A stretch of DNA of 64,000 nucleotides from Octopus sinensis (taxonomy: Eukaryota), in assembly GCF_006345805.1 (NCBI RefSeq), contig NC_043018.1:18538001-18602000 (forward strand), written 5' to 3'. The notes under the pieces were generated by a model. The model saw only the letters and a list, made by a program, of their open reading frames with translations, ran no database searches and was not told the origin of the DNA. Positions within the stretch are counted from its first letter, which is position 1; each line of letters begins with the position of its first letter. The position numbers were made by a program, and so were the translations under genes. Below are positions 1 to 11,259 of the stretch, one piece after another.

Positions 1-206
1 TATTTATCTATCAATCTATATCTCTATGTATCAATCTATCTATCTAACTATCTCTAGATATGTGTGGCTAATAAAGAAACTTATCTCTTGAAAGAAGCCT
101 ATATATATAATAATATATATATATATATATATAATATATATATATAAATACATATTATATATATAAATACATATATATATATAAATACATATATATATAT
201 AAATAC

Positions 207-237
<31 letters not shown>

Positions 238-273
238 ATATACATAATATATATATATACATTCAAAATGTGA

Positions 274-480
274 CCGCATGTGTACTGTTGGCAATTTTTT
301 TTCCTCCATCTTCCCTTTTCTTGATCTTTCCTTTTCCTCTGTTTCTGATGAAGAGCTCCGCTCGAAACGTAAAACCCTCCTTCTTTCCTTCCTTCCTGAG
401 CATCCAATAATACTATATTTGTTCCACATCCTCGCATTGTTGTGTTTTCTCTTTGTGTTTTCATGTTTGGATTAACTTTA
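274..480 (+). mobile_element. Penelope-like terminal-repeat / retrozyme-like fragment (family F) carrying a hammerhead
   Basis: Near-identical to the reverse complement of 30001-30205; pyrimidine-rich leader, hammerhead core at 341-375, tail ending GTTTGGATTAAC next to (TA)n. Confidence 0.7.
341..375 (+). ncRNA. Minimal type I hammerhead ribozyme motif
   Basis: GTTT-CTGATGA-A-GAGC(TCC)GCTC-GAAA-CG-TA-AAAC: full conserved core, 4-bp stem II, 4-bp stem I, stem III reduced to a CG spacer. Confidence 0.75.
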
Positions 481-640
481 TATATATATATATGTATAGT
501 AAATGGTGCCCCAGCATAGCCGCGGCCTTCGGGCTAAAACATTTTTAAGGATTTATGAAGGTAATAAATTAAAATAATTTATTAGCAGTGGTTAGCATGC
601 GTAATAAAAGTCTTAAGTCATTAAGACATAACATAGTTAT

Positions 641-804
641 AAATATAAGAGTGTATAAAGGTTTATACACAGAAAGGAGACCCTTGATGGGACTCTCTAC
701 ATGCTAAAAAAGACAGTTAAAGCCCAAACCACGTGATTTGGGCTTTAACTGCCCTTTTTAGCATGTAAAGAATCCCATCAAACTCTTACACACTCTTATA
801 TTTA
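641..804. repeat. Foldback (nested inverted repeat) element
   Basis: AAATATAAGAGTGTATAA / TTACACACTCTTATATTT outer arms; GATGGGA..CATGCTAAAA..CAGTTAAAGCCCAAA / TTTGGGCTTTAACTG..TTTTAGCATG..TCCCATC inner arms around CCACGTGA. Confidence 0.85.
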
Positions 805-844
805 AATATATATATATATATATATTTGTGTATGTGTAATGTAA

Positions 845-908
845 GTTTAGAAAAACCCATTGGTTTCATATCTAGAGTGAACTAGACATCTCTTCAGTTT
901 CTCTAAAC
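845..908 (-). ncRNA. Type I hammerhead ribozyme motif with complete stems I-III
   Basis: Minus strand GTTTAG-AGAAA-CTGAAGA-G-ATGTCTAG(TTCACT)CTAGATAT-GAAA-CC(AATG)GG-TT-TTTCT-AAAC; 8-bp stem II, 3-bp stem III, GUU cleavage triplet. Confidence 0.7.
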
Positions 909-1019
909 AGTAACCATTCTAAGCAAAAAGTTTTTGTTTTAAAACACAAGAACACAGGTGATAGTTCAAGAAATAATCCTCTTTAAAAATATATCTGGGC
1001 AAGTTGTCTTCCTTCGTTT

Positions 1020-1640
1020 GATAGCTAGGTTGTCCAATTTTGAAGTAACGATTTTCGAAAATGTGGACTACTCTCCACAGCTTCCATCTTGAAGTTAAGG
1101 TAGCCTCCTGACTTTTTGAACCAGCATGGAGTGGTGATGATGGATTTTCTGACAAAGGCACCACAATTAATGGAGCATATTATGCTTCTCTGCTGCAGAA
1201 ATAACAGGATGCCATCAAAGTAGGCAGGTGTGGCATGCTGACCAAAGGAGTCTGCCTCCTCCAAGACAAAATCCCAGTTCACAATGCACGTGTCATTCAG
1301 ATGAAAGCTCACTCCTGTGGCTATGAAATCTTTCCTCATCCTCCTTACTCTCCTGACCTCAACACCATCTGACCTCCACCTCTTTCTAACCATGAACTCT
1401 TTTTTGAAAAGAAAGCACTTTTCAGATGATGATGAACTTATTTCCGATGTAAAGCCTTGGCTCCAGACACAACCTACTGACTTCTACTGACGAGGTCTTC
1501 ACAGTTGCAGAAAGCGATGGGAAAAGTATGTCACCATTGGTAGTAGCTATTTAGAGAAGGACTAATAATTATGCCAAGCTTCATTTATCCCAGTTCTTGG
1601 GAAGTGGGTCAGGGAAAAGCTTTAATGAACACCCCCTGTA
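1020..1640 (+). mobile_element. Decayed, internally deleted mariner (DD34D) transposon, 3' half
   Basis: Translates with stops and frameshifts to ..TINGAYYASLL..GVCLLQDK.PVH..GYEIFPHPPYSPDL..HFSDDDELISDV..RWEK; ends in TIR-like ..ATGAACACCCCCTG followed by TA. Confidence 0.9.
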
Positions 1641-1708
1641 CATACATATGTATGTATGTGTATGTGTGAGTGTGTATACCCACACACACATATACATATG
1701 TATGTATA

Positions 1709-1763
<55 letters not shown>

Positions 1764-1939
1764 GTATGTTTATGTGTGTGTGAATAAATATATACATATG
1801 TATATGTATGTGTGTATATATACACATATACATATGCATGTATGTGTGTGTGTGTATATATACACACACAAGCACATAAATATGATAGCACATATGTGTG
1901 GGTGCATGGTAAACATAATGAATATTCTCATTGTTATTA

Positions 1940-1970
<31 letters not shown>

Positions 1971-2036
1971 CATTATTATTATTATCATTATTATTATTAT
2001 TATTATTATCATTATTATTATTATTATTATTATTTC

Positions 2037-2091
<55 letters not shown>

Positions 2092-2170
2092 TTATTATCA
2101 TTATTATTATTATTATTATATTATCATTATTATTATTATATTATTATTATTATTATCATCATTATTATTA

Positions 2171-2237
<67 letters not shown>

Positions 2238-2345
2238 CATCATCATTATTATTGTTATTATTATATTATTATTATTATTATCATTATTATTATTATTACT
2301 ATTATTATCATTATTGTCATCGTCTTCCTCCTCATCCTCATCCTC
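1641..2345. repeat. Compound microsatellite (AT/AC/GT, then ATT/ATC)
   Basis: Direct reading; source of the poly-I/Y/L ORFs in the track. Confidence 0.95.
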
Positions 2346-2439
2346 CTCGTCAGCATCATCACCACCAAAGTGCCATACCGATCGTATCAATGCATTAACA
2401 CCTGATGCACACAGTAATAACAATATCACCTGAACATCC

Positions 2440-2830
2440 AAATGACACCGACAAATAATTTCCTGCAGATTAAAGGATCTCAGTTTTTTCTGCAGCCCCT
2501 TTATCTGGATCTCGATTTTTGCTTCCCAATCTCTTAAACCACTGTTTTGATGTTGTTCTCGGCAAATCCTTTCTCTATATATCTGACTTCCAATCCAATC
2601 ACCTTCTGACAGATTTCTCAATTTTATCTCCAGTGTCACACCAACTTAACCAATCATTTTCTTTTCTTTCTGATTTCTGATTCCGCTCTGTTATCATATG
2701 ACAAGGCCGTTTCCCCTACCCCAGTACATTTTCCCTTTCTTGTAATCTATTCTCAATTATGCTCCTACACTGTTTCCATACTTATTTTACCCCGATCATT
2801 TTGACAGTGACAGCCTACAGAATCTTACAC
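2440..2830 (-). mobile_element. Possible very decayed RTE-type LINE C-terminal remnant
   Basis: Fragments such as LEQCFKNRLL.KIL and RR.LDWKS...RK.LPRTT loosely match the RTE post-RT region; many stops. Confidence 0.3.
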
Positions 2831-2957
2831 AACAGTCGGTTTTTAAAGCACTGCTCTAAGCTATGGATGTGAATAACTGTCATCAATCTAGAACAGAAAT
2901 TTACTTTTAATCTTCTGTGATATTATTCTTGGTGTCATGTGACTTCTCTGAAGATTA

Positions 2958-3225
2958 TTATAGGTAACAGCATGGCTAGGTGGTTAATCAGCTGGCACTG
3001 CGACCATGTGGATTTGAGGTTCAATTTCGCTGTGTGGTACCTTGGGCAGGTTAACCAAAGCATTGTGAGTGGATCTATTAAATGGAAATTGAAAGAAGCC
3101 TGCTGTGTGTGTGTGTGTGAGTATACTTGCTTAGGCACAAGTAGAAGACATTTGCTCAAGGTGCCATGCAGTGGGACTGAACCCAAATCCATATGGTTGA
3201 GAAGCAAGCTTCTTACCACACAGCC
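2958..3225. mobile_element. Two old SINE-B head fragments in opposite orientation
   Basis: + fragment 2958-3120 (A/B box-like head, ACCTTGGGCA, GAAAGAAGCC) followed by - fragment 3135-3225 (CTTACCACACAGCCAC). Confidence 0.7.
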
Positions 3226-3793
3226 ACAAGATGTGTTTTATGCAGAGAAGTCATACTACTATGACTACCACCACCACCACCACTACCACCACCACTGCCA
3301 CCACCACCACCACTGCCGCTACTGTTGCTACTGCTGCTGCAGCTACTACTACTACTACTTACTACTACTACTACTACTACTACTCTGAAGTAATAAGTAC
3401 TTTAAAATCCAACAAGGTGTCATGTTCATTTATTAACGATGATGAATAGGATATGCCTAATTAACAGTTCGTTAACAACCACAAGAGCTAACAGTTTTAA
3501 AATTTAAAGAAGGTGAAAACATACATATTTATCCTGGAATTATGAAATACATATAAGAATGTAATGTAAAAATAAATAAATAAATAAAATAAAATAAAAT
3601 AAAAAAATAAACATTGATATAGAATTTGAAAATATTGAAATAAATCCTGGAAGCGATAATTAGATTAAAAAATAATTGAGCACGGAGAATAGATGTGTTG
3701 GAAGAGAGTATACAATATTGAATGTGCATGAAGTCAGTAAGAAGATCAGAGAACCCACAAATGTATATATATATATCTGTGTGTTTGTGTGTG

Positions 3794-3841
<48 letters not shown>

Positions 3842-3915
3842 CACACATACATACACATATAAATATATATATGGAATGAAATAAATGACAAAGAAATAGG
3901 AAATTATTTAATGTG

Positions 3916-4109
3916 TTTCAGTAGCTTATATTTGTTTCTGCTATAAGATATAGTGCACTCGGAGCCAAGTGCTTGTGCATCACTTTATAGCATCCTCAGA
4001 GCTTAAAAAAATCAAGTGCATTTTTGAAGGCCTGAGGAAGCTAGATGCACAAGAACTATTCTCTGAGTACACTGCATCTTATCACAGAAACAACTGTAGG
4101 CTACTGAAA
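3916..4109. mobile_element. MITE with ~48-bp imperfect TIRs (TTTCAGTAGC family)
   Basis: TTCAGTAGCTTATATTTGTTTCTGCTATAAGATATAGTGCACTCGGAG is the reverse complement of 4061-4108; related copies at 11597-11657 and 12963-13096. Confidence 0.8.
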
Positions 4110-4203
4110 TTCCCTGCATAATCTCCTGTTCCTTTCTCCTGTATTTCCTTTCAAACTGTGCTCTGTACTCGACCAATGCTTTTCTCTGAAACAAATGTGT
4201 ATT

Positions 4204-4387
4204 GAGTTCTAACATGAGGTTATTATTTCTACATTATTTACATTTGACAGATATTTGTCCTCATTTTGTTTGTTACTAACTCAACGTTTCGGCTCATATA
4301 CCCTCCAGCCTTCATCATATGGCATAGTGGTTAAGAATATGGGCTACTAACCCCAAGATTCTGAGTTTGATTCCAGGCAGTGACCTA

Positions 4388-4443
<56 letters not shown>

Positions 4444-4597
4444 CAACAACAACATCGAAAATTACTTTAGAGATGAGAACCCAGGTTCGAAATTTCCCCA
4501 AGACACCTGATGAAAGCTTGAGGGTATATCAGCCGAAACGTGTTAACAACAAACAAGATGAGGACAAACATCCGTCAAATGTAAATAATGTACATAG
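4204..4597 (+). mobile_element. tRNA-headed, hammerhead-containing element (family E) with an inverted 3' segment at its 5' end
   Basis: A box TGGCATAGTGG 4320-4330, B box GAGTTTGATTCC 4363-4374, (AAT)n, hammerhead 4502-4544, tail to 4597; 4204-4317 is an inverted copy of the hammerhead plus tail. Confidence 0.8.
4502..4544 (+). ncRNA. Minimal hammerhead motif of family E (degenerate copy)
   Basis: GACAC-CTGATGA-A-AGCTT(GAGGGTATAT)CAGCC-GAAA-CG-TGTT; the inverted copy 4278-4317 reads TGATGA-A-GGCTG..GAGCC-GAAA-CG-TT-GAGTT. Confidence 0.65.
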
Positions 4598-4600
4598 TTT

Positions 4601-4870
4601 GAGAATGGAATTGAGTGAAGAATGTGATTGCAGAATACAGAAAGTACAAGTTTTACTGGGCCAGACATGTTGCAAGGTTCACAGACAACAGGTGGACATT
4701 TGCAGTTGACCAGTGACATCCAAAAGATCAGAAAAGGTCACTTGGAAGGCTGCCATAGCGATGGGAAGATGATTTAGCTAAGCAATTTGAGTCAATTTGG
4801 AAGAGAATGGAGCAATCAAGATAGTATTGGAAGCACACTGTGATCAGCATTGATGGTTTGGTCGAAACTG
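4601..4870 (+). mobile_element. RTE-clade LINE C-terminal remnant
   Basis: KYKFYWARHVARFTDNRWTFAVDQ*HPKDQKRSLGRLP*RWEDDL matches the RTE WAGHV.R..D.RW....W.P...R..GRP..RW.D motif. Confidence 0.85.
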
Positions 4871-5332
4871 TGACACACACACACACACACACACATACAC
4901 AGTGGTTCTGAAATGAAAAAAAACCCAATAAGGAAGCATTCTTATAAACCAAGATCTAGAGGCAAACCAATATTGATTCATAGAATAAGCCTGTGAGTTT
5001 CAAATACGTGGCTACTTGGGAATTTTTTCTTGTTGACATATGGATTTCTAACCAATAGAAATCTGTTCATGGTAAGGGCAGGATTACAAAACAACGAATA
5101 TGGTGACCAGCAGCCACTGACCAACTGGTTTCTGACCATGTATAACATTGGTTTTGTGAACCAGTGTTTTCAGCAAAAGCAGATTTTTGCCGGATGAAAA
5201 TCTCTAACAGAACAGAAATAATTACCATATGGTTATTAAGTGGAAACTCTCAGCAGACTTTATGCCTTCGGCTTTCCATATATTCTGTTCTAAATCAATA
5301 GAATACATACACACATAAAGAAACATGCATAC

Positions 5333-5712
5333 TCTTTTTTACTCTTTTACTCTTTTACTTGTTTCAGTCATTTGACTGCGGCCATGCTGGAGCACCGCCT
5401 TTAATCGAGCAACTCGACCCCAGGACTTATTCTTTTGTAAGCCCAGTACTTATTCTATCGGTCTCTTTTGCTGAAGACATAAACACACCAGCATCGGTTG
5501 CCAAGCAATGCTAGGGGGACAAACACAGACACACAAACACACACACACACACACACACCATATATATATATATACATATATACGACGGGCTTCTTTCAGT
5601 TTCCGTCTACCAAATCCACTCACAAGGCTTTGGTCGGCCCAAGGTGCCATGCAGTGGGACTGAACCTGGAACCATGTGGTTGGTAAACAAGCTACTTACC
5701 ACACAGCCACTC
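5333..5712 (-). mobile_element. SINE family B (tRNA head + CORE-like segment), internally deleted copy
   Basis: Matches other B copies (AGTGGCTGTGTGGTAAG head, GCACCTTGGG, internal (TA)/(TG)n, GTAAAAGAG tail); a further head fragment lies at 5808-5973. Confidence 0.85.
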
Positions 5713-6117
5713 ATATATATATGCGAACACATATTTATACACACACACACACACAATTATACACGTACATGCACTTACAAACACACATACACACACACAC
5801 ACATGTACATGACTGGCTTCATTCAGTTTCTACCAGTCATATCCAATCACAAGGCTTTGTTTGGTCTGAAGCTATAGTAGGAGACACTTGCTTAATGTAC
5901 AACCCAGTATAGAATTGAACCCAGAACCATGTGGCTAGGAAGCCAACTTCTTACCACACAGCCATGCCTGCACCTATATATATATATGTACACACATACA
6001 CACACATCCACAAACATGTGCTTCCTTTCAGTTTCCATTAATCGAATCCATTCCATACTGTAAAGTGGTTGGTTGGCATTAGGAAGAGTATTGAGCACAA
6101 ACACACACACATATATA

Positions 6118-6160
<43 letters not shown>

Positions 6161-6164
<4 letters not shown>

Positions 6165-6345
6165 TCATCATCATCATCATCATCATTTAACGTCCACTTT
6201 CCATGCTAGCATGGGTTGGACGGTTTGACTGAGGGCTGGCGAACCAGATGGCTGCACCAGGCTCCAGTCTTGATCTGGCAGAGTTTCTACAGCTGGATGC
6301 CCTTCCTAATGCCAACCACTCCGAGAGTGCAGTGGGTGCTTTTGA
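6161..6345 (-). mobile_element. RTE LINE 3' end (family C), 5'-truncated
   Basis: (CAT)n, TTTAACGTCC, CCATGCTAGCATGG, GGATGCCCTTCCTAA shared with more than 10 copies in the window. Confidence 0.85.
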
Positions 6346-7138
6346 TGTGCGTATAGATATATATATATAAATATATATATATATACATATATTTATACAT
6401 ATATATATATATATATTTATACACACACACACAAGCATATGTGTGTATATACACTCACTTATACACACATGCAAATTTACACACATATCTACACAGACTT
6501 CTACACAAAAATGCAGAACAAATAGTTGTTTAACAGTTATATGTTTTAACCAAAGATCTCCACTTTCCCTAATTTCAAAATATATGCATTCAGTATTTGT
6601 TTTATGTGTGTATGTGTGTGTGTAAATACATATATCTATGCTTGCTTGTCCTCCATGTGCCATGGTTTCCAAAATGGCACACACACACACACACACACAA
6701 CACACACACACACACACATTACCTAATGCATTCTGAAACCCAACCCATCTTCCAACCGACCCTTATACACAATTCCCCCCCCCCTCCCCCCCCACACCCG
6801 TCTGTATATTTCCTTCTCTCCATTTCAGCCACCTCCCCATTTTTCGACCACAGATGAATATGCCAGAATTTAAAAATACAAAAAAAAAAATTTTTTTTTT
6901 AAAATCCACCCCCTTTTTTTTTTTTACTTTATCCGTTTGTTTTTGCCCAATTCTTCAACAGACAGCCAGCCACCTCCACCTCCCCACCTCCTTCTCACCT
7001 GTCTGCTGTTAATCATCGATTCTCCCCCACCTTGTAAACCTCTCCTCATATGTATTTTTATATGTCCAATTTCTAAATATACAACATACTATGAAAAAGA
7101 CCAGCCTTCAATGAAACTTCAAAGGAGCAGTGAAAAAA

Positions 7139-7139
<1 letters not shown>

Positions 7140-7183
<44 letters not shown>

Positions 7184-7233
7184 TGTATGTGTGCGTGTGT
7201 GTATCATGCACATTTCAAATATATATACACACT

Positions 7234-7264
<31 letters not shown>

Positions 7265-7379
7265 CACCCAATATATATATATATATATCATCTATCTAAC
7301 TCTCTCTATATATACATATACATATACATACATACACATATATATATATACACATACATATATATATATACATACATAC

Positions 7380-7475
<96 letters not shown>

Positions 7476-7484
7476 CATATATAT

Positions 7485-7515
<31 letters not shown>

Positions 7516-7808
7516 ATATATATATATATACATATATAATATATATACATATATATATATATAATATATATATTATATATATATATATACATATATATAC
7601 ACATACATATATATATATATATATACACATACATACATATATATGTATACACATACATACATACATACATACATATATTATATATACACATATATATATA
7701 CACATATATATATATACATATATATATATATACACATATATATATATACACACGTCCATATATATATCATCTATCTATTTCTCTCTATATATACATATAT
7801 ACACATAT

Positions 7809-7872
<64 letters not shown>

Positions 7873-7960
7873 AACATATATATATATACATACATCTATA
7901 TACATGCACATGCACAAACACACACATGCTCTCATATACACACACACACACACCTGTAAA
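7140..7960. repeat. Long (AT)n/(AC)n compound microsatellite
   Basis: Direct reading. Confidence 0.95.
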
Positions 7961-8293
7961 TTTTTTGTCTGTACGCATGTTAGTATATGGTTTAAGATTA
8001 TGTTTTTTTAAGCATAAAAACGTTGTACATTTTTACTAAATAAAAGCCTCTGTAGATGTGCAAAGTCAGACAGTTTTAATAATTTTATTGACAGTGAATT
8101 CAGAGTTCCACAAGTCGTGCACACAAACACCCTAACTTACTAAGTTTTGCTCTTTGACACAACCCAGGTCTTACATAACCATAAACTTTGACACCAACAC
8201 TGGAACAGACATAAACACATACACATGGGTGTATGCCAACATCCTTACATGCATACACGGACACACACATATATACATATATATATGTGTATA

Positions 8294-8363
<70 letters not shown>

Positions 8364-8369
8364 GATATA

Positions 8370-8408
<39 letters not shown>

Positions 8409-8522
8409 GATATAAATAATATATATATATATAATATATATATATATATATAATATATATATATACATCATCATCATCATCATCGTTTAACGTCCGTTCT
8501 CCATGCTAGCATGGGTTAATAC

Positions 8523-8558
<36 letters not shown>

Positions 8559-8589
8559 ATATATTTGCAGACATGTGAAATGGCTTTTT

Positions 8590-8800
8590 GACATGTTATG
8601 TAAAACAATGAGTGTGTATTCTACTTTTATCTCATCAAGAATTTGTCCATATTTCAATACGATGGCATTGCAGCTTGTTTGGAACATCAAAGTTTCTAAA
8701 TTCCTCAGCAAAGTTTCTAGACCTCCACAGTCCATCTTCAGGATGAGGTAATGCTGGCAGGTTCTGCTGTGTCTTTTTACAGATACAGTCAATGCACCCA
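8590..8800 (+). mobile_element. Old Tc1-like remnant, paralogue of 10255-10500
   Basis: TTTCTAGACCTCCACAGTCCATCTTCAGGATG..TGCTGTGTC aligns with the reverse complement of ~10290-10350. Confidence 0.5.
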
Positions 8801-9173
8801 GTGTAGACAGTTCCATTCTGATTTGAATTTTAACTATGAAAGTAGTATTTGTATTTTCCTTGTTTATGTATTTATTTTTTTGCTTGCTTTTGTAAATAAT
8901 GCTATGAGCATCCTTTCAACCAATAATCATTTATTTTCGTGGATAATTCTTTAGAGTGAACCTTTGTTGTCTACTAATGTTTTCTCATCAAGGTTTCATT
9001 CGTATGATGTGGAGCATCACAATTGCATCACCCTGTCGAGAATCGACCCAGGATATTCCTTCACAGATTTACATGTATATCTTGTTTGTCTCACTGTTAC
9101 TTGGTGACCTCACCAGTGCTGGTACCACAAAAAAATTACCTGATACACTGTTAAGTGAATGGTATTAAGAAAA

Positions 9174-9593
9174 TGTAAGGCGGAGTGCTGGCAGAAACGT
9201 TAGCACGCCGGACGAAATGCTTAGTGGTATTTCGTCTGCTGTTATGTTGTGAGTTCAAATTTCGCCGAGGTCGACTTTACCTTTCATCCTTTCGGGGTCG
9301 ATAAATTAAGTACCAGTTATGCACTGGGGTCGATATAATCGACTTAATCCGTCTGTCTGTCCTTGTTTGTCTCATCTGTGTTTAGCCCCTTGTGGGTAGT
9401 AAAGAAATAGGTATTTCGTCTGCTGTTACGTTGTGAGTTCAAATTCCGCCGAGGTCAACTTTACCTTTCATCCTTCCGGGGTCGATAAATTAAGTACCAG
9501 TTACGCACTGGAGTCGATGTAATCGACTTAATACCTATGTCCATCCTTGTTTGTCCCCTCTATGTTTAGCCCCTTGTGGGCAATAAAGAAATA
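9174..9593 (+). mobile_element. SINE family A, partial tandem dimer with 13-bp TSD
   Basis: TSD GGTATTAAGAAAA at 9161-9173 and 9594-9606; the second unit starts at internal GTATTTCGTC (9411); inserted in an older family-C-related repeat (8955-9735). Confidence 0.9.
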
Positions 9594-10254
9594 GGTATTA
9601 AGAAAAGCACCCAGTTGCAGAAACCATAGCAAAACAGACACTGGACCTTACTACAGCCTTCTGTCTTATCTGTTCATGTCAAATTGTCCTACCCATACCA
9701 GCATGGGGAATAGAGGTGCTAAATGATGAAGATGTCTTTTTAGCATAGAATTAGTATCAGCTTATGGTTTAGAAATGTCTTTTCATGTTCTGGTTTGTGA
9801 TGCCTTTTGATGTTTATCTGTTCTAGTATAATATTTTTCATATGCAAGGTGGCAAGCCGGCAGAATTGTTAGCATGCCAGGCAAAAAATGCGTAGCGGTA
9901 TTTTGTCCATTATTACATTTTGAGTTCAAATGTCACCGAGGTTGACTTTGCCTTTCATCTTTTTAGGGTTGATAATATGAGTACCGGTTGAGTACTGGAG
10001 GTCAATGTAACCCCTGCCAAAAAAAAAAAAAAAATTCTGGGCTTTGGCCAGAATTTGAACCCAGTATATTCTATATGCATGGTTTGCATATTTTCTAATA
10101 GATGTGGTGCCTGATATAATTGTTGCATTGTGGTTATATGTCTTAAAATGAACACCAAGGCAACATACATTGCACACAAACCAAAATAGACATAAAAAAA
10201 ACAGTTTAAATTCCTATTCTCACTTGTTAATTCCAACACCAATCAGTCTTACCT

Positions 10255-10886
10255 TGTCAACACCATTCATATTGGCTCTGACTAATATTAGGACACAGCA
10301 ACACACACCAACATCACGCCATCCTGAAGATGAGGCTGTGAAAATCTAGAAATGTTGACAATGGATTTAGGAACTTTACTCTGACAGAAAATCGTTAGAA
10401 ATCTTTCCGTATCCATCACAAGATGTGTAAGCTTCTACAATTTTTCTAAGGTCAACACTGGTCACTTTCTGCTTCAGTGTTTTTTTATGCATTAATTGAA
10501 ATTGCAAGGAAAAATGTTGACAAGATTGATGTGTATACAAATCACATGCACAATTATATTAAGGTTTTACTAACAATTATTAATAACAATTATTAATTTA
10601 TCTTTCGAAGTTTATTTATTGTTTAAAATTAATTTCTAAATAAAATAAGTCATTAAAATGTTATGAAAAGTTTTGCACATGCATCACCTAATAATTTTTG
10701 GAATTTTGTTAATTTTGATTACTATCCCTTGTATAAATAAATTAATAATGAAATGAAATTGTGTATATTAATAAAGTATAAATAACGTACGAAGCTATTA
10801 TAAAGCAATTAGTGATATAAAGAATATTTTATAACATCGATTTTATTCTAGATGTTATGAACGCTTAGCTTATGAACACCACTGTA
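10255..10886 (-). mobile_element. Tc1-like transposon 5' remnant
   Basis: Minus strand begins TA-CAGTGGTGTTCATAAG (Tc1-type CAGTG end); ..SVDLRKIVEAYTSCDGYGKIS.. resembles the Tc1 N-terminal HTH. Confidence 0.65.
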
Positions 10887-10887
10887 T

Positions 10888-11218
10888 ATCATCATCATCA
10901 TCATCATCGTTTAACGTCTGTTTTCCGCGCTAGCACAGGTTGGATGGTTCGGCCGGGGTCTGGGAAGCCAGGGGCTGCTCCAGTCTGATCTGGCAGAGTT
11001 TCTACGGCTGGATGCCCTTCCTAACGCCAACCACTCCGCGAGTGTAGTGGGTGCTTTTTACGTGCCACCAGCACAGGTGTCAGTGGGGGTCCAGCATCGG
11101 CCACGATCGGTTGGTGCTTTTAACGTGCCAGCAGCACGGAAGCCAGCCAAGGCAGCGCTGGCAACGTTCGGATGGTGCTTTTTATGTGCCACCGGCACAG
11201 AAGCCAGTCAGAGCGGTG
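10888..11218 (-). mobile_element. RTE LINE 3' end (family C) with internal hairpin units
   Basis: Same 3' end as other C copies; three GTGCTTTT(T)A(C)GTGCC units. Confidence 0.85.

Positions 11219-11259
<41 letters not shown>

Noticed and set aside
4012-4215. Coiled-coil-looking ORF RKALVEYRAQFERKYRRKEQEIMQ with a good minus-strand acceptor at 4186
   Set aside because: No convincing donor; half the ORF lies in a MITE TIR and its start lies in the family E inverted tail; it would fall after the stop of the candidate minus gene
4319-4390. tRNA-like sequences at SINE heads (also 56028, 62850, 33806 and all A/B heads)
   Set aside because: A/B boxes are present but there is no complete cloverleaf or acceptor stem, and they continue into repeat bodies, so they are not tRNA genes
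8487-8816. Exon-like ORF MELSTLGALTV..LDEIK
   Set aside because: The DNA is homologous to the Tc1 remnant at 10255-10500, so it is transposon debris
10252-10325. Minus-strand exon candidate WRDVGVCCCVLILVRANMNGVDK with a GTAAGA donor
   Set aside because: Lies within or at the edge of the Tc1 remnant; no support from neighbouring exons
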